A stretch of 63,606 nucleotides of DNA, filler included, from Candidatus Sysuiplasma jiujiangense (GCA_019721075.1; 4 parts of 4 records of this genome joined end to end with filler, not necessarily neighbours in it), one strand, 5' to 3'; shown: positions 48,943-58,643, numbered from the whole stretch's first letter. Numbers and translations are program-made. The notes: generated from the letters alone by a model not told the origin.

Positions 48943-49220
48943 TATTCACCCACCATGTCCTTCACCGGGACAACGAACGAGAAGAGCAGGTACAGGCCAA
49001 CAAATGTGAATCCTGCGGACGCTGTCAGCATCATGGGCATCAGGATGCCATAATTCCCCTGCCACGCCTGAAACACCTGGACAAAGTCCTGGGTGAGTGC
49101 TTGAAACAGGGGCAGTATGAGGGTGTCCTCCAGGTCCAGTAGAAGATTCTGGAAGAACCTGTATATGACCTGCAGGAACACCCATAAGGGCGATGACATT
49201 ATCGCTGAACCCAGAGACAT
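48942..49220 (-). CDS. Small hydrophobic protein (paralog 2)
   Basis: Ortholog of 13014-13292. Confidence 0.8.
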   Translation of the reverse strand: MSLGSAIMSSPLWVFLQVIYRFFQNLLLDLEDTLILPLFQALTQDFVQVFQAWQGNYGILMPMMLTASAGFTFVGLYLLFSFVVPVKDMVGE

Positions 49221-49231
49221 CCATGATTACC

Positions 49232-49609
49232 TCAGAGATCGTCTTCCATGCCCACGAGATCCTTAAGCGGGCCGATGACCGCGAATATAAGGAAACCGAG
49301 CAGCAGTGCAATGCCGATGCCGAAGACGAACATCATGGGGCCATAAACGCCGTATCCTGACAGGCTGAAGCCGAACCCCTGGAACATGATGTCAATGGAC
49401 TGTGTGAAGCCGGAGAATATGCCTCCGAACATTGTCCCAAGACCATTCATGATGGTCTGCAGGAAACCCATAAGCAGTCCCCATATGCTGTTGAATATGG
49501 TCGTGCCCAGGGAGCTTGTGGCCATGGGGATGAAGGTCAGTGAGATCATGGAGATTTTCATCCTCGCCCTCTTGATTTTCTTCACATGGAAAATGAGCCG
49601 GTTCAACAT
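49232..49609 (-). CDS. Small hydrophobic protein with basic leader (paralog 1)
   Basis: Ortholog of 13300-13683. Confidence 0.8.
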   Translation of the reverse strand: MLNRLIFHVKKIKRARMKISMISLTFIPMATSSLGTTIFNSIWGLLMGFLQTIMNGLGTMFGGIFSGFTQSIDIMFQGFGFSLSGYGVYGPMMFVFGIGIALLLGFLIFAVIGPLKDLVGMEDDL

Positions 49610-49610
49610 C

Positions 49611-50840
49611 TCACTTCCCTCCCTTCGCAGCCTGGTTCTTCCTGTCGAATACACCCAGGTCATACCATGGAGCCACCAGTATGGCCGAAACAAAGGTGAA
49701 TATGGTGCCGATCAGGTATCCCGTCTGCTCTGCTGAATATGATCCAAAGATTGTGGTAAGGCCGTTGTTCCCGTATGCATGGAAGCTGATCGATATGCTG
49801 GTGACGTTGCTCTGCACCAGCACCATGATGTTTGCGGACTGGTTTCCCGTCAGCGAGGATGATGCTATGGGGAATGAGGCTGACGTGAGGTTCTTCAGGC
49901 TCTGGTACGCAAATGGCTCGAAACTTGACACGTTGTAGCCTGTACCCAGGGAGACATTGGCGGCATGGACATCAGTGGAATCGATCACGAGCTTGGACAC
50001 GGCGAAGTTGTTCATTTCCGCCACTGTGAGATTGGTCCTGATCCACACCTCCCCCTGGTATGTGGTCACATTGTTCACGGTGCTGGACGGAAAGTCAAAG
50101 GTGGCTGTTCCGTTGACCTGGCCGAAGGGTATCGCACCTGACGACCCGTAAACATATGATGTGATGGCCTCGGACTGCAGAACCGGAGAATTATCGCTGC
50201 CTGCGACCAGGGCATGCCCTATTCCAGCAGAGAGAAAAATCATCAGGAATACCGAGATGAGGGCAATGAACAGGCCTATGAACTTCCTTGCAGCCTTCCC
50301 CGATCCCGATTCCTTGAAATTCAGCACCCTGGTGTTCTTGGCCTTCTGCCCCATGTATCCCTTCCTGTCGGACCATGCGGCATCCCATATGACCACAAGG
50401 CCGAATACCAGGATGGATACCAGGTAAAGGATTGCAGCGGAATTGCCTGCATATGCAGGCACAATGATGTACTGGGCAAACCCGAACTCATAGCCCAGGA
50501 AACCGCCTATGAACCCACCCACGACGAAACCAGCAAAAGCACGCCACACAAGGTCTATGATGCCTTTACCAGGGGGCGTCAGTGTTTCGATGATAGCCCA
50601 CACAACCGCCCCGAATATAATCGCAGGCGCAATGATGCCGTCATTGAAAACCACCACATGATTCAGTATGGTGTATGTCGGCTTCGCCAGGAGGCCAACA
50701 AACAGCAGCATTGTCGCCAAAAGCCCAATAACAAGCTCCCCTATGTGCCACTTCCCAACGTGCGTTGGGATATTCCTCTTCGTCTTTCCAGAACCCTTTG
50801 CCGGATTACCGGCGCCTGAACCTTTATTTTTCTTAGCCAT
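49611..50840 (-). CDS. Polytopic membrane protein
   Basis: Ortholog of 13685-14914; start MAKKNK. Confidence 0.85.
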   Translation of the reverse strand: MAKKNKGSGAGNPAKGSGKTKRNIPTHVGKWHIGELVIGLLATMLLFVGLLAKPTYTILNHVVVFNDGIIAPAIIFGAVVWAIIETLTPPGKGIIDLVWRAFAGFVVGGFIGGFLGYEFGFAQYIIVPAYAGNSAAILYLVSILVFGLVVIWDAAWSDRKGYMGQKAKNTRVLNFKESGSGKAARKFIGLFIALISVFLMIFLSAGIGHALVAGSDNSPVLQSEAITSYVYGSSGAIPFGQVNGTATFDFPSSTVNNVTTYQGEVWIRTNLTVAEMNNFAVSKLVIDSTDVHAANVSLGTGYNVSSFEPFAYQSLKNLTSASFPIASSSLTGNQSANIMVLVQSNVTSISISFHAYGNNGLTTIFGSYSAEQTGYLIGTIFTFVSAILVAPWYDLGVFDRKNQAAKGGK

Positions 50841-50951
50841 TTCCGCTTCCTCCGCTCCGGAGAGAGGGGAAGCCACTTGCTTTTCGGAGGTCTATGGCTT
50901 CCGCTCCTCCGAAAAGCTTTGCAATTATTGAATGCTAGGAAGTTTATATAT
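50841..50951 (-). promoter_or_regulatory. TATA promoter plus structured 5' leader
   Basis: ATATATAAA at 50951-50943; perfect 12-bp stem 50879-50890/50906-50917; loop complementary to 50868-50875. Confidence 0.65.
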
Positions 50952-51000
50952 TCCTTACTCTAAAATCAACTAACGGCGAGAATCTTACGATAAAAATAGG

Positions 51001-52578
51001 CTAATTTCGATCCCAAAGATTATTTTTCCAGTAGGGCCTTAGAAAACGGTCATCCAGTAGCCAGATATTTACTGAATCCTTGGCGCTTCTATTCGCCCTT
51101 CCCACTGCCTGTTTTACTGATATCAGGGCGGGTTCGTTGTAAAGCAGGTCTTCCTTTTTTGCTCCTCCTTTTTTCTGAACATTTTTGAAGATAAAGTCAG
51201 ACATATCCTTGCGGTAATCATCAGGTGGAGGGACGGGAACCCCCGCAAGTATGACGTCACTCAACAGGTTATCTTTATTTGGAGCCATAAACTCGACTCC
51301 CTCAAGGAGAGAGCTATTGTAGGCGGTAAGAACCACTCTCTTCCCATCAAGCATCTCCCTTCTTACGCCAGCTGCCTTGTGTGGGCCAGAAGGAAGAACA
51401 CATTTATCTCCTATCTCCGGGAAGTCTTTTAAGAGATTTGCGGCGGAGGATGCCATATTTCCATTTGGGAATGCAACAAGAACGCTTTTCTCGCTCTTAC
51501 TGAATATTTCCCTCACTTTCAGTACATAATTCTTAATTAGCGCCATCCAGTCTTCTTCAGGGAGTTTCGACGCTCCTAGGGTTGTTAGCCCCCTATTTTT
51601 GAAGAAATTTCTGCTCCCTCTTTGTATTTTTATGGCGTTTTCGGGCGTCAGGTATACAGTTTCCGGCATTCCCCACATCAACTCTATGGCATCCTTTGAT
51701 GGCAACGTTCCCGACATGAAAAGGGTACAGTTTCCTCCGAGGAATGCGAAGTATTGAGAATGGTTGAAATTCATTATCCTGAGCCTCCTGAGCTTCAGAT
51801 CCCTGTTTTCGGGTTTCTTTGACTCGTATTCTTCGCAATAAATGCCGGATTCTGAACTGGACAGCGAAAACGCCTCGGTAAGAAACGAAAATACGGCATG
51901 AAGGCTCCGGTTAATATATCTTCCACTCTCTTCATCTATCCCTTCGGCCAACTTTGAAAAACTCACTCTGGATGTGATAAACAATTCCCGTATGTGATCC
52001 GGTATTGCATATCTCTTAAGATGATCATTCTTGTTTATCTTAAAGTCCTCAAGAGATTTTAAAAGCTCCAAGAGAATTTCCGCGATATTTACCATGGCCT
52101 CTGCACCTTGATGCTTTAACGCGTATGCCCTGATTTCCTCCATCTTAAGGGCAATCGTATCGCCGAATAATTCCCGAAACGCATGTCTTAAAGTGCTGAC
52201 GGAAAGCTTTCTCCCGAAATTCTCCACCGTTGAGTCGAGATTGTGAGCCTCGTCGAATATCACCAGGTCAAATAGATCAAAGACGTTCAAAGATGATTGG
52301 TCGTTCAAGGGCTCTGAGTCATCATTTCGACTCACGCTGATAGCTTCGTGGTCATTTTCCTGTCTTATTTCCTCTTCCATGGGTGTCTCGAACACGTTTT
52401 TCCTTATTGATGGGTTAAGCGCATAATTGTACGTTCCAAGGACGATTCTGGCATCTGAAAGGGAATTTCTTACTGAATAGTACGGGCAGAAGCCTTTTGG
52501 TTCAACGCCTTCTTTTATTACCCTTGAAAACCCAGCGGGGTCATCGAGAGGATACAGTTTCGCATGCCTGTCTACTGC
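51001..52578 (-). CDS. XPD/Rad3/DinG-family helicase (N-terminus cut by the contig end)
   Basis: Frame open to the contig end with CPYY and TYNY; DEAHN, MSGTL, EGVEF, QAVGRANR, LDDRF. Confidence 0.9.
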   Translation of the reverse strand, partial: AVDRHAKLYPLDDPAGFSRVIKEGVEPKGFCPYYSVRNSLSDARIVLGTYNYALNPSIRKNVFETPMEEEIRQENDHEAISVSRNDDSEPLNDQSSLNVFDLFDLVIFDEAHNLDSTVENFGRKLSVSTLRHAFRELFGDTIALKMEEIRAYALKHQGAEAMVNIAEILLELLKSLEDFKINKNDHLKRYAIPDHIRELFITSRVSFSKLAEGIDEESGRYINRSLHAVFSFLTEAFSLSSSESGIYCEEYESKKPENRDLKLRRLRIMNFNHSQYFAFLGGNCTLFMSGTLPSKDAIELMWGMPETVYLTPENAIKIQRGSRNFFKNRGLTTLGASKLPEEDWMALIKNYVLKVREIFSKSEKSVLVAFPNGNMASSAANLLKDFPEIGDKCVLPSGPHKAAGVRREMLDGKRVVLTAYNSSLLEGVEFMAPNKDNLLSDVILAGVPVPPPDDYRKDMSDFIFKNVQKKGGAKKEDLLYNEPALISVKQAVGRANRSAKDSVNIWLLDDRFLRPYWKNNLWDRN

Positions 52579-52580
52579 AA

Positions 52581-52680
52581 NNNNNNNNNNNNNNNNNNNN
52601 NNNNNNNNNNNNNNNNNNNNNNNNTTAATTAATTAANNNNNNNNNNNNNNNNNNNNNNNNNNNNNNNNNNNNNNNNNNNN
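52581..52680. other. Artificial contig spacer
   Basis: N-run containing TTAATTAATTAA. Confidence 0.99.
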
Positions 52681-52779
52681 AAAAAAAAATAAAAAAAGAG
52701 ATTGTGTGTGTAAAGATTTATATGCTACCATGCATTGTCATGTTATCCCTGGGACAGGGGATGAGGAAATGAAAATGGA
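52681..52779 (+). repeat. Left terminal inverted repeat (99 bp) containing TATA box, SD and start codon
   Basis: Exact reverse complement of 63508-63606. Confidence 0.95.
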
Positions 52780-52942
52780 TGATAAAGAAGAAGTTAAATC
52801 AAGATGGAAAATAACAAATTATGATGGGTTCGTTGTAATAGAATATTCAGGTTTTTATGGTTCTCAATTTCTCACGTTATTCGATTATGATCTTGATGAT
52901 CTTATAGATTACATTGAACAGTATAGGGAGGCTGGGTTCTGA
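52769..52942 (+). CDS. Small acidic protein starting inside the ITR
   Basis: SD plus ATG within the ITR. Confidence 0.65.
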   Translation: MKMDDKEEVKSRWKITNYDGFVVIEYSGFYGSQFLTLFDYDLDDLIDYIEQYREAGF

Positions 52943-53229
52943 TGGCATGCAAATGTAGACATGAAGCAGTTGATCATGCTTACGATGACAAAACAGCAAT
53001 AGACCCTCGCTTTCCCTGTAAGAAATGCGAATGCCTCGATTATGACATGGCACCTAAAGAAGCATATAAATTTCTTGTTAGGTGGTTGACCGCTTCCTTT
53101 ATTGTTGAATTTCTAGACCTAACCGTATGGCAGAATGTAAATTTTGTTACTCTTTTAGAATTGGATTTTGTTACGTGCCTTACATTGATAATTATAATTG
53201 ATTATATCATGGCACTATGGTTAGCATGA
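52942..53229 (+). CDS. Cys/His-rich small protein with hydrophobic C-terminus
   Basis: CKCRH...H...CKKCEC; TGATG coupling. Confidence 0.55.
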   Translation: MACKCRHEAVDHAYDDKTAIDPRFPCKKCECLDYDMAPKEAYKFLVRWLTASFIVEFLDLTVWQNVNFVTLLELDFVTCLTLIIIIDYIMALWLA

Positions 53230-53245
53230 TTAAATTGGAGGTGAT

Positions 53246-53283
53246 AATGGATCGGTGGACAAGGAAGAAAATACCGATCCATT
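53246..53283. terminator. 11-bp hairpin between the convergent genome arms
   Basis: AATGGATCGGT / ACCGATCCATT. Confidence 0.45.
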
Positions 53284-53310
53284 TCACAAAAATATATTTA
53301 TTTGGAATAT

Positions 53311-53508
53311 TTAAGGTTTTGGAACAATGGCCTGTTCTGATGCCAGGGCATTACTGATAAAGTGTTTCCCGAAGTATGCACTTATCCCTGCCATCACTGC
53401 ATAACCGATTGCCATTTTTATTGAATCACCTGACATTATCAGGTAATCTCCAACTACTATGGCAGCCCCCATCGCTGATTCTACTTTTGTTAGACTATAT
53501 TTAGGCAT
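53311..53508 (-). CDS. Small two-TM protein (holin-like topology)
   Basis: Two hydrophobic segments; GGAGG SD. Confidence 0.6.
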   Translation of the reverse strand: MPKYSLTKVESAMGAAIVVGDYLIMSGDSIKMAIGYAVMAGISAYFGKHFISNALASEQAIVPKP

Positions 53509-53510
53509 TC

Positions 53511-53702
53511 TTATACTACCTCCTTCTTGATATCCTCTTTAACCTTATTAACTTCTTCTTTTACCTTGTTTTCTGCGGGTTCGTTTTCCCTGGGCTTGGA
53601 TGCTTCTTCCAGTGCCTTTTCAAGTCTTGTGATCCTTTCATCTAACCTATTCTTTACTTCGTTCAGTTCTTGTTTCATTCTTTTTTCATGTAGATATCCC
53701 AT
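53511..53702 (-). CDS. Small coiled-coil protein
   Basis: ORF track; TAATG coupling. Confidence 0.65.
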   Translation of the reverse strand: MGYLHEKRMKQELNEVKNRLDERITRLEKALEEASKPRENEPAENKVKEEVNKVKEDIKKEVV

Positions 53703-53905
53703 TACTTTCGCCTCATCTTTTTTAATGTTCGTGCAAGGGTGATCTCTTTCTCCCTTGTCTTTTCATTGTGTTTCCTTGCGAATCCCATTGCTTTCCGGAG
53801 ATTGATATCACCGTTAACATCCATGAAATTGTGTTCCTTTGCCCATTTTTCAAGTTTGCCCCTGTGATTCTCTGGAATGGCTTTCCTGATCCATTGCTTG
53901 TTCAT
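53702..53905 (-). CDS. Small basic protein, putative virion DNA-binding
   Basis: WIRKAI...GKL...LARTLKKMRRK. Confidence 0.65.
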   Translation of the reverse strand: MNKQWIRKAIPENHRGKLEKWAKEHNFMDVNGDINLRKAMGFARKHNEKTREKEITLARTLKKMRRK

Positions 53906-54069
53906 TTTAACACCACTATGATTATACTGGTAAATGAGATTATCATGGATCCAATTAACCCGATCAGGTAACCTTTGTTCATTTGCTTTGCTTGTTTCAT
54001 TTCTTTTAAGGATTCTTTGATCCATTTTATATCTGTTTTCAGTTCTGATATGTCCTGTTCAACTGTCAT
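53902..54069 (-). CDS. Coiled-coil protein with C-terminal TM
   Basis: DISELKTDIKWIK followed by a TM. Confidence 0.65.
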   Translation of the reverse strand: MTVEQDISELKTDIKWIKESLKEMKQAKQMNKGYLIGLIGSMIISFTSIIIVVLK

Positions 54070-54070
54070 T

Positions 54071-55483
54071 TTAAACCGCCTCCACTTCCACTGTGCCAAT
54101 GGTAGCGTTTGTTACTACCAGTTCATAATACCATCCTGCTGGGACTACCATGTCATAAGTAAGGATTTGACCGTCTGCTGCTGTTAATCCTGATGGTAAG
54201 CTTACCTTTGTTGATGTTGTTACAGTGGATGTGGATGATATCCCTGTTGCAAGGGTAGCCGCTGCTGATGTTGATGGATTATACGTTATGGGTATTTTTA
54301 ATCTTATGCCATATGGATTGGTGTTCTGATAGACTGTTCCACTGACTGGGGGATTGGCTATTAAGGTCGTATCTACAAAGTCTTGAGGATATACCTTGCC
54401 TATATTTATTAGGCCATAGACATTTGTGCCATTATTGTTCGCTATTCCAATGTTTAAACTTGCAAGTACTGGACTACTGGCTTCGTGCCACACACCAATA
54501 TAAATTGGAGATGCTGGATTAATATTGTTTTGTATATAGTATTTTACTGTTCCACCGTATGGTGATGTTCTGTCTGCTACTTGTATTTTCCCTATCCAAA
54601 GCATTGAAGTTAAATTTGTATTTGCGTTATATATTGATATTTCACATGCCCCTATAGCTGCTTGCACTATATTCATATCATGTGTCAGATCGCTAGTGCT
54701 TATTCCATTTACACAACTTTCTATCTGTAAGTAATTGATATGCATGTGTTCTCCTGATAATATTCCGTTATAAAATCCACCAATACTAATAAGACCTGCA
54801 TAAGAAATCTCGCATCCCATTTGCGGAAACTTTATGCCTGTTGCTGGTGAAACTGGTGTATCAATATGATTTGGTTGAGTGAATATATTATCAAATATAC
54901 ATGTCATATCATAGCTGAAATCTATTGCAGATATACCCGTAGCACCTGAATACGGAACTACTGCAAGGTTTAAAAGAGATATTTCAACACCATTAAAACC
55001 GGCTGAACTTGAACCGTTCGCATCTATAACAGATTGATATGTCTCTGTCAATGTTGTTGTTCCGTCATATATTACTGTTCCATTTTCAGAGTATTCTCCA
55101 AGTTGTTCCTGTGTTCCAGAACCTTCTATGATTATTGGTACTTGCTTAGTTGTATATGCTATAAAAGGAAACATAATCTTGGAATAACGTGTTGAATCAG
55201 TGTTTGCCAGTAAGGGTGCATTTGTAAGGTCATAAAATCCCGGCATAATTTTTATTTTTCCGCCATTCTGTGAATAAACATAATTTATTGCGTCCATTAT
55301 ACCTAATGTCTGTGTCTTTAATGTGCTGACATAATCTGCTTTTGTTGGGACATTAACCAGTCTCTTACCGCCATTGATTACATATCCATTAGAATCAACG
55401 ATTATTTTCCCTGTGTCCTGATCGTAAACCATTGGCTGGGGGTTTCCGTTGCTGTCTGTTGGTTGTTGAACAATTACGGTCAT
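54071..55483 (-). CDS. Spike/receptor-binding protein (beta-helix-like)
   Basis: GIMDAINYV...GGKIKIMPG...IIIEGSG; C-terminal VPAGWYY domain. Confidence 0.7.
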   Translation of the reverse strand: MTVIVQQPTDSNGNPQPMVYDQDTGKIIVDSNGYVINGGKRLVNVPTKADYVSTLKTQTLGIMDAINYVYSQNGGKIKIMPGFYDLTNAPLLANTDSTRYSKIMFPFIAYTTKQVPIIIEGSGTQEQLGEYSENGTVIYDGTTTLTETYQSVIDANGSSSAGFNGVEISLLNLAVVPYSGATGISAIDFSYDMTCIFDNIFTQPNHIDTPVSPATGIKFPQMGCEISYAGLISIGGFYNGILSGEHMHINYLQIESCVNGISTSDLTHDMNIVQAAIGACEISIYNANTNLTSMLWIGKIQVADRTSPYGGTVKYYIQNNINPASPIYIGVWHEASSPVLASLNIGIANNNGTNVYGLINIGKVYPQDFVDTTLIANPPVSGTVYQNTNPYGIRLKIPITYNPSTSAAATLATGISSTSTVTTSTKVSLPSGLTAADGQILTYDMVVPAGWYYELVVTNATIGTVEVEAV

Positions 55484-56238
55484 CCCAAATTCACCTCGAT
55501 GTATGAGATGTATGCGGTTACAGTAGCAGATTCTCCTCCAATGAGTAATGATAACAGTTCATTTGAAAATACTTCAAATCCTCCAGTAACCATTTGTTCT
55601 GTTACCTCTGCCCCTTCAATGTCAGTAGCAGATCGTGATTGAACATATTTTGCCAGATCGACAACATACGTATAGTCCGCTGTAGTGGAAACAGATGCAA
55701 ATAATAGATTAAGTGATTCCGATACATCAGTTGATACCGCACCACTCGGATATATTTGCACCTGAGGGGTATCTGTGCCTGTTGCACCGGCTTGCCATCT
55801 CATGACGATACTCCTTAAAATCCATTTTTTACCTGATGGTGGACTCATTGTTATACCAACATCCCCTGTAAAGGTATTGGATACGGTTACTGGTGTTCCT
55901 GTTTCCTGTGTATAGATAAATCCTGACTGGTAATCGATATCAATGTAAGGTATGCCGGATGCCGTTGTTTTTACGATGTAAGATATGATAACATTGTAAC
56001 TGTTTGAATCGGAAAATGTTATCGAACCAACCTGAACATCCTTTAATATGACTTTTGCCGGCACTGTAAGGGTAATGGGATTTTCTGTTACATTGTTTCC
56101 TTCTGTATCGGTTATTGATATGGACTGGTTTATTGTTTGGTTTTGAATGGAAATTATCATATCATAGTATGATCCTTGTGTATTCCTAAATGAAACCGTT
56201 GATGTGGAACTTGTTGTTTTTACTTTTGGATTAAACAT
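55480..56238 (-). CDS. Beta-rich virion protein (penton/turret candidate)
   Basis: S/T/V/I-rich; located before the spike gene. Confidence 0.55.
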   Translation of the reverse strand: MFNPKVKTTSSTSTVSFRNTQGSYYDMIISIQNQTINQSISITDTEGNNVTENPITLTVPAKVILKDVQVGSITFSDSNSYNVIISYIVKTTASGIPYIDIDYQSGFIYTQETGTPVTVSNTFTGDVGITMSPPSGKKWILRSIVMRWQAGATGTDTPQVQIYPSGAVSTDVSESLNLLFASVSTTADYTYVVDLAKYVQSRSATDIEGAEVTEQMVTGGFEVFSNELLSLLIGGESATVTAYISYIEVNLG

Positions 56239-56244
56239 TTCATA

Positions 56245-56640
56245 TCACCTTATCGCAATTACAAGGGCAATAATAGCTATTGCTACAATTACAATGACTA
56301 TGATCCATAAATCTTTCTGCAGTCCAGAAAAGAAATTATTGATTGGGCCCCACATATCATTCCCTATACCACCAAAGAAATTTGAAATACCTGAACCAAG
56401 CGCACCGATACCGCCTTCGATTCCACTGCCTATACTCGAAAATGTTGACCCTGCTGCACTGCCAACGGCATTAGCTGCCCCAGTCAATGCACCGGCTGTA
56501 TCATTGGCTGCTGTGCCAAGCCCATTATAAACCCCTGATCCAACTGATGAGATGCCCTGGGATAGACTGGATGCCCCTGAACTTATTGCGTTCCCTGCAC
56601 CCTCGATACTTGATATTATTTGACTAAATGGCCACGTCAT
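56245..56640 (-). CDS. Gly/Ser-rich membrane-anchored virion protein
   Basis: MTWPFSQI start; C-terminal TM. Confidence 0.75.
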   Translation of the reverse strand: MTWPFSQIISSIEGAGNAISSGASSLSQGISSVGSGVYNGLGTAANDTAGALTGAANAVGSAAGSTFSSIGSGIEGGIGALGSGISNFFGGIGNDMWGPINNFFSGLQKDLWIIVIVIVAIAIIALVIAIR

Positions 56641-57161
56641 TTTATCACCATGAATCCAACTATGAGAGCAATTATTGCTACAATGATTATAATGTACACT
56701 GGAATCCCAAGGATTTTATATGAAAGAAAGCCAACCGGACTCTCAGAGCTTGTAACAATTGATGGATTTGTCGGTACTGTCTTTGGTGATCCCATAGATG
56801 TAACTGCGTGAGATTTTGTTTTAAGTAATGATATCCCGCTTCCAATCCCTGAAAATGATTCGATTGATCCAACTGTTCCGTTGACAATCTCTCCAGCACC
56901 GGAATTGATAACCTTTCCTAAACTTTTTGCATCGTTACCAACTCCCGAGAAAACACCATTTCCATAAGCACCTATTCCCTGTTCAATTTTCTTAAGAGAA
57001 CTGTTCATCCCTGAAACTGTATTATTTACATCTCCAACAAGTCCAGAATAGATTTTTGATCCAGAAGAATCTATACCCTGAGCTATGGCTGCACCGCCTG
57101 TTGCTACAGTGTGCCCTATACTCTCTGCACCTGACACAATTTGGCTAAAAGGCCATGACAT
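56637..57161 (-). CDS. Gly/Ser-rich membrane-anchored virion protein
   Basis: MSWPFSQI start; C-terminal GIPVYIII...GFMVIK. Confidence 0.75.
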   Translation of the reverse strand: MSWPFSQIVSGAESIGHTVATGGAAIAQGIDSSGSKIYSGLVGDVNNTVSGMNSSLKKIEQGIGAYGNGVFSGVGNDAKSLGKVINSGAGEIVNGTVGSIESFSGIGSGISLLKTKSHAVTSMGSPKTVPTNPSIVTSSESPVGFLSYKILGIPVYIIIIVAIIALIVGFMVIK

Positions 57162-57175
57162 TTAAATCATACCCC

Positions 57176-57241
57176 TTAGAACAGAACCAGAACTGCCAGT
57201 GCAATTATCGCTACAATTAAGATTATCTCCAAGGTACTCAT
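57176..57241 (-). CDS. 21-aa single-TM microprotein MSTLEIILIVAIIALAVLVLF
   Basis: Hand-translated; ATGA overlap with the upstream gene. Confidence 0.6.
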   Translation of the reverse strand: MSTLEIILIVAIIALAVLVLF

Positions 57242-57462
57242 TTTATCACCATGAACCCAATTATAAGAGCAATTATTGATATTACGATTATGATATACAC
57301 TGGAATCCCGAAAACTTGTTTTTTCAGGAAACTTTCAGTTGATGAAACTATTGATGAAGTCATTGGAACTGGTTGAGTTGTGTTCCCACTTGTAGTTGTT
57401 CCGAAAATGGAAGAAAGGGAAGAAAATATTGACTGTCCCTGATAGTAGTTACCTGATCCCAT
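57238..57462 (-). CDS. Small membrane protein
   Basis: C-terminal GIPVYIII...GFMVIK. Confidence 0.75.
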   Translation of the reverse strand: MGSGNYYQGQSIFSSLSSIFGTTTSGNTTQPVPMTSSIVSSTESFLKKQVFGIPVYIIIVISIIALIIGFMVIK

Positions 57463-58379
57463 TAGAACATCACCATCTTAAGGGTACTAAGGTATCCAGA
57501 TTCTGATGTATTGACTTTCAGGTTTATGGATTTGTTCAGGACTGGATTTGACAGGTTCAAAAGGTCGTTTGGATTTTCGTCTGACATGAACTGTTGAAGT
57601 GCGAATCCTGTGTCCGGTGTTCTTCCATATTCTGACTGATTGTCTGACTGTAACGTGTTAAAATAGTCTTCAAACAACGAAATATTGTTATTGACAATTA
57701 AATCCATGTAGTTGATAAGGGAATTTGAGCCGTTTGCTGAATAAATGGGTGCTGTCTGACTTGTGTATGCAAAATGGAGAAGTCCCTGGTAAAATGCATC
57801 TGTTGACAAATAATTTGTCAGGTCATTATCGCCTGTGATACTCAAAGTAGCCGCAACTTTCAACATTTTATATTTGAATAACTTGAAATCCACACTTGAT
57901 CTGGATATATCTCTCTCGGTCAGATACAGGGTTGAACCGGTTGTACCAGTTGGTGATCCTGACGTTACTTGGGAAAGCGGTGGAAGGGTAACTTTCATGG
58001 TGTTATTGACAAATGCGTAACTCGGAAATGCTGTCTCTTTGATATAGGTTTTCTTGCTGAAATCAAGGGCTGTCATTGGAATCTTGAATTGTGTTCCAAC
58101 CATGCTTGATACATTTCTTACTAATCTGCGAAGTTCATTGAGTTGTGGAACATCTGCGGAAACCATGGTCTCGTTATCGGCCTCGATTTTTACAGAGGAA
58201 ACCAACGGGTTCAGATAAGTGTCAGTAAAAGCCGGACTTGTTCCGCCGCTGAGAGTTCCAGGCACGATAACTAAATCGTATGCTGTTACTAAATCTGTAT
58301 TTTTCAGGGTTATATCTATGGTTGACCCCCAATCACTATCAATATTCACGGTACTGTATTTATGACTTATTTTTACCAT
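57462..58379 (-). CDS. Major capsid protein, probable double jelly-roll
   Basis: 305-aa beta-rich protein near the A32-like ATPase and before membrane proteins; own TATA box. Confidence 0.65.
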   Translation of the reverse strand: MVKISHKYSTVNIDSDWGSTIDITLKNTDLVTAYDLVIVPGTLSGGTSPAFTDTYLNPLVSSVKIEADNETMVSADVPQLNELRRLVRNVSSMVGTQFKIPMTALDFSKKTYIKETAFPSYAFVNNTMKVTLPPLSQVTSGSPTGTTGSTLYLTERDISRSSVDFKLFKYKMLKVAATLSITGDNDLTNYLSTDAFYQGLLHFAYTSQTAPIYSANGSNSLINYMDLIVNNNISLFEDYFNTLQSDNQSEYGRTPDTGFALQQFMSDENPNDLLNLSNPVLNKSINLKVNTSESGYLSTLKMVMF

Positions 58380-58399
58380 AATACTAATATTTCAGTAGA

Positions 58400-58407
58400 T
58401 TATATAA
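58400..58407 (-). promoter_or_regulatory. TATA box for a probably leaderless capsid operon transcript
   Basis: TTATATAA about 21 nt upstream of the ATG; no SD. Confidence 0.6.
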
Positions 58408-58454
58408 GGATTACTATTTTCTTGGTAATTGATAAATTAATAGTAGATACTTAA

Positions 58455-58643
58455 TTATGGGTAAATAACTTCTTTCAGGTCTTTAATCAGGTCTTGGAAT
58501 TTCAGTTCCAGGTCAATGTCATTATTAGGATCACTAAAATAATCATCCAATTTCGATTTTGCTATCCCCTTGATCCATTTTGGGATCAACAGGCCATCTA
58601 AATTTTTCACTGATTGACGATATAAAAATTCCTTGTAATTCAT
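58455..58643 (-). CDS. Hypothetical protein
   Basis: ATGA coupling to the ATPase gene. Confidence 0.65.
   Translation of the reverse strand: MNYKEFLYRQSVKNLDGLLIPKWIKGIAKSKLDDYFSDPNNDIDLELKFQDLIKDLKEVIYP

Larger units (their letters stand above)
36754..50950 (-). mobile_element. Element B: second diverged copy of the element A module
   Basis: 15 collinear orthologs of 1419-14914. Confidence 0.8.

Noticed and set aside
52706..52768. Identical N-termini MCKDLYATMHCH... of the two terminal ORFs
   Set aside because: Translation of ITR promoter DNA; the SD-supported start is downstream
53247..53357. GGAGGTGA-preceded 36-codon plus-strand ORF
   Set aside because: Runs through the hairpin and overlaps a convergent gene; no other support
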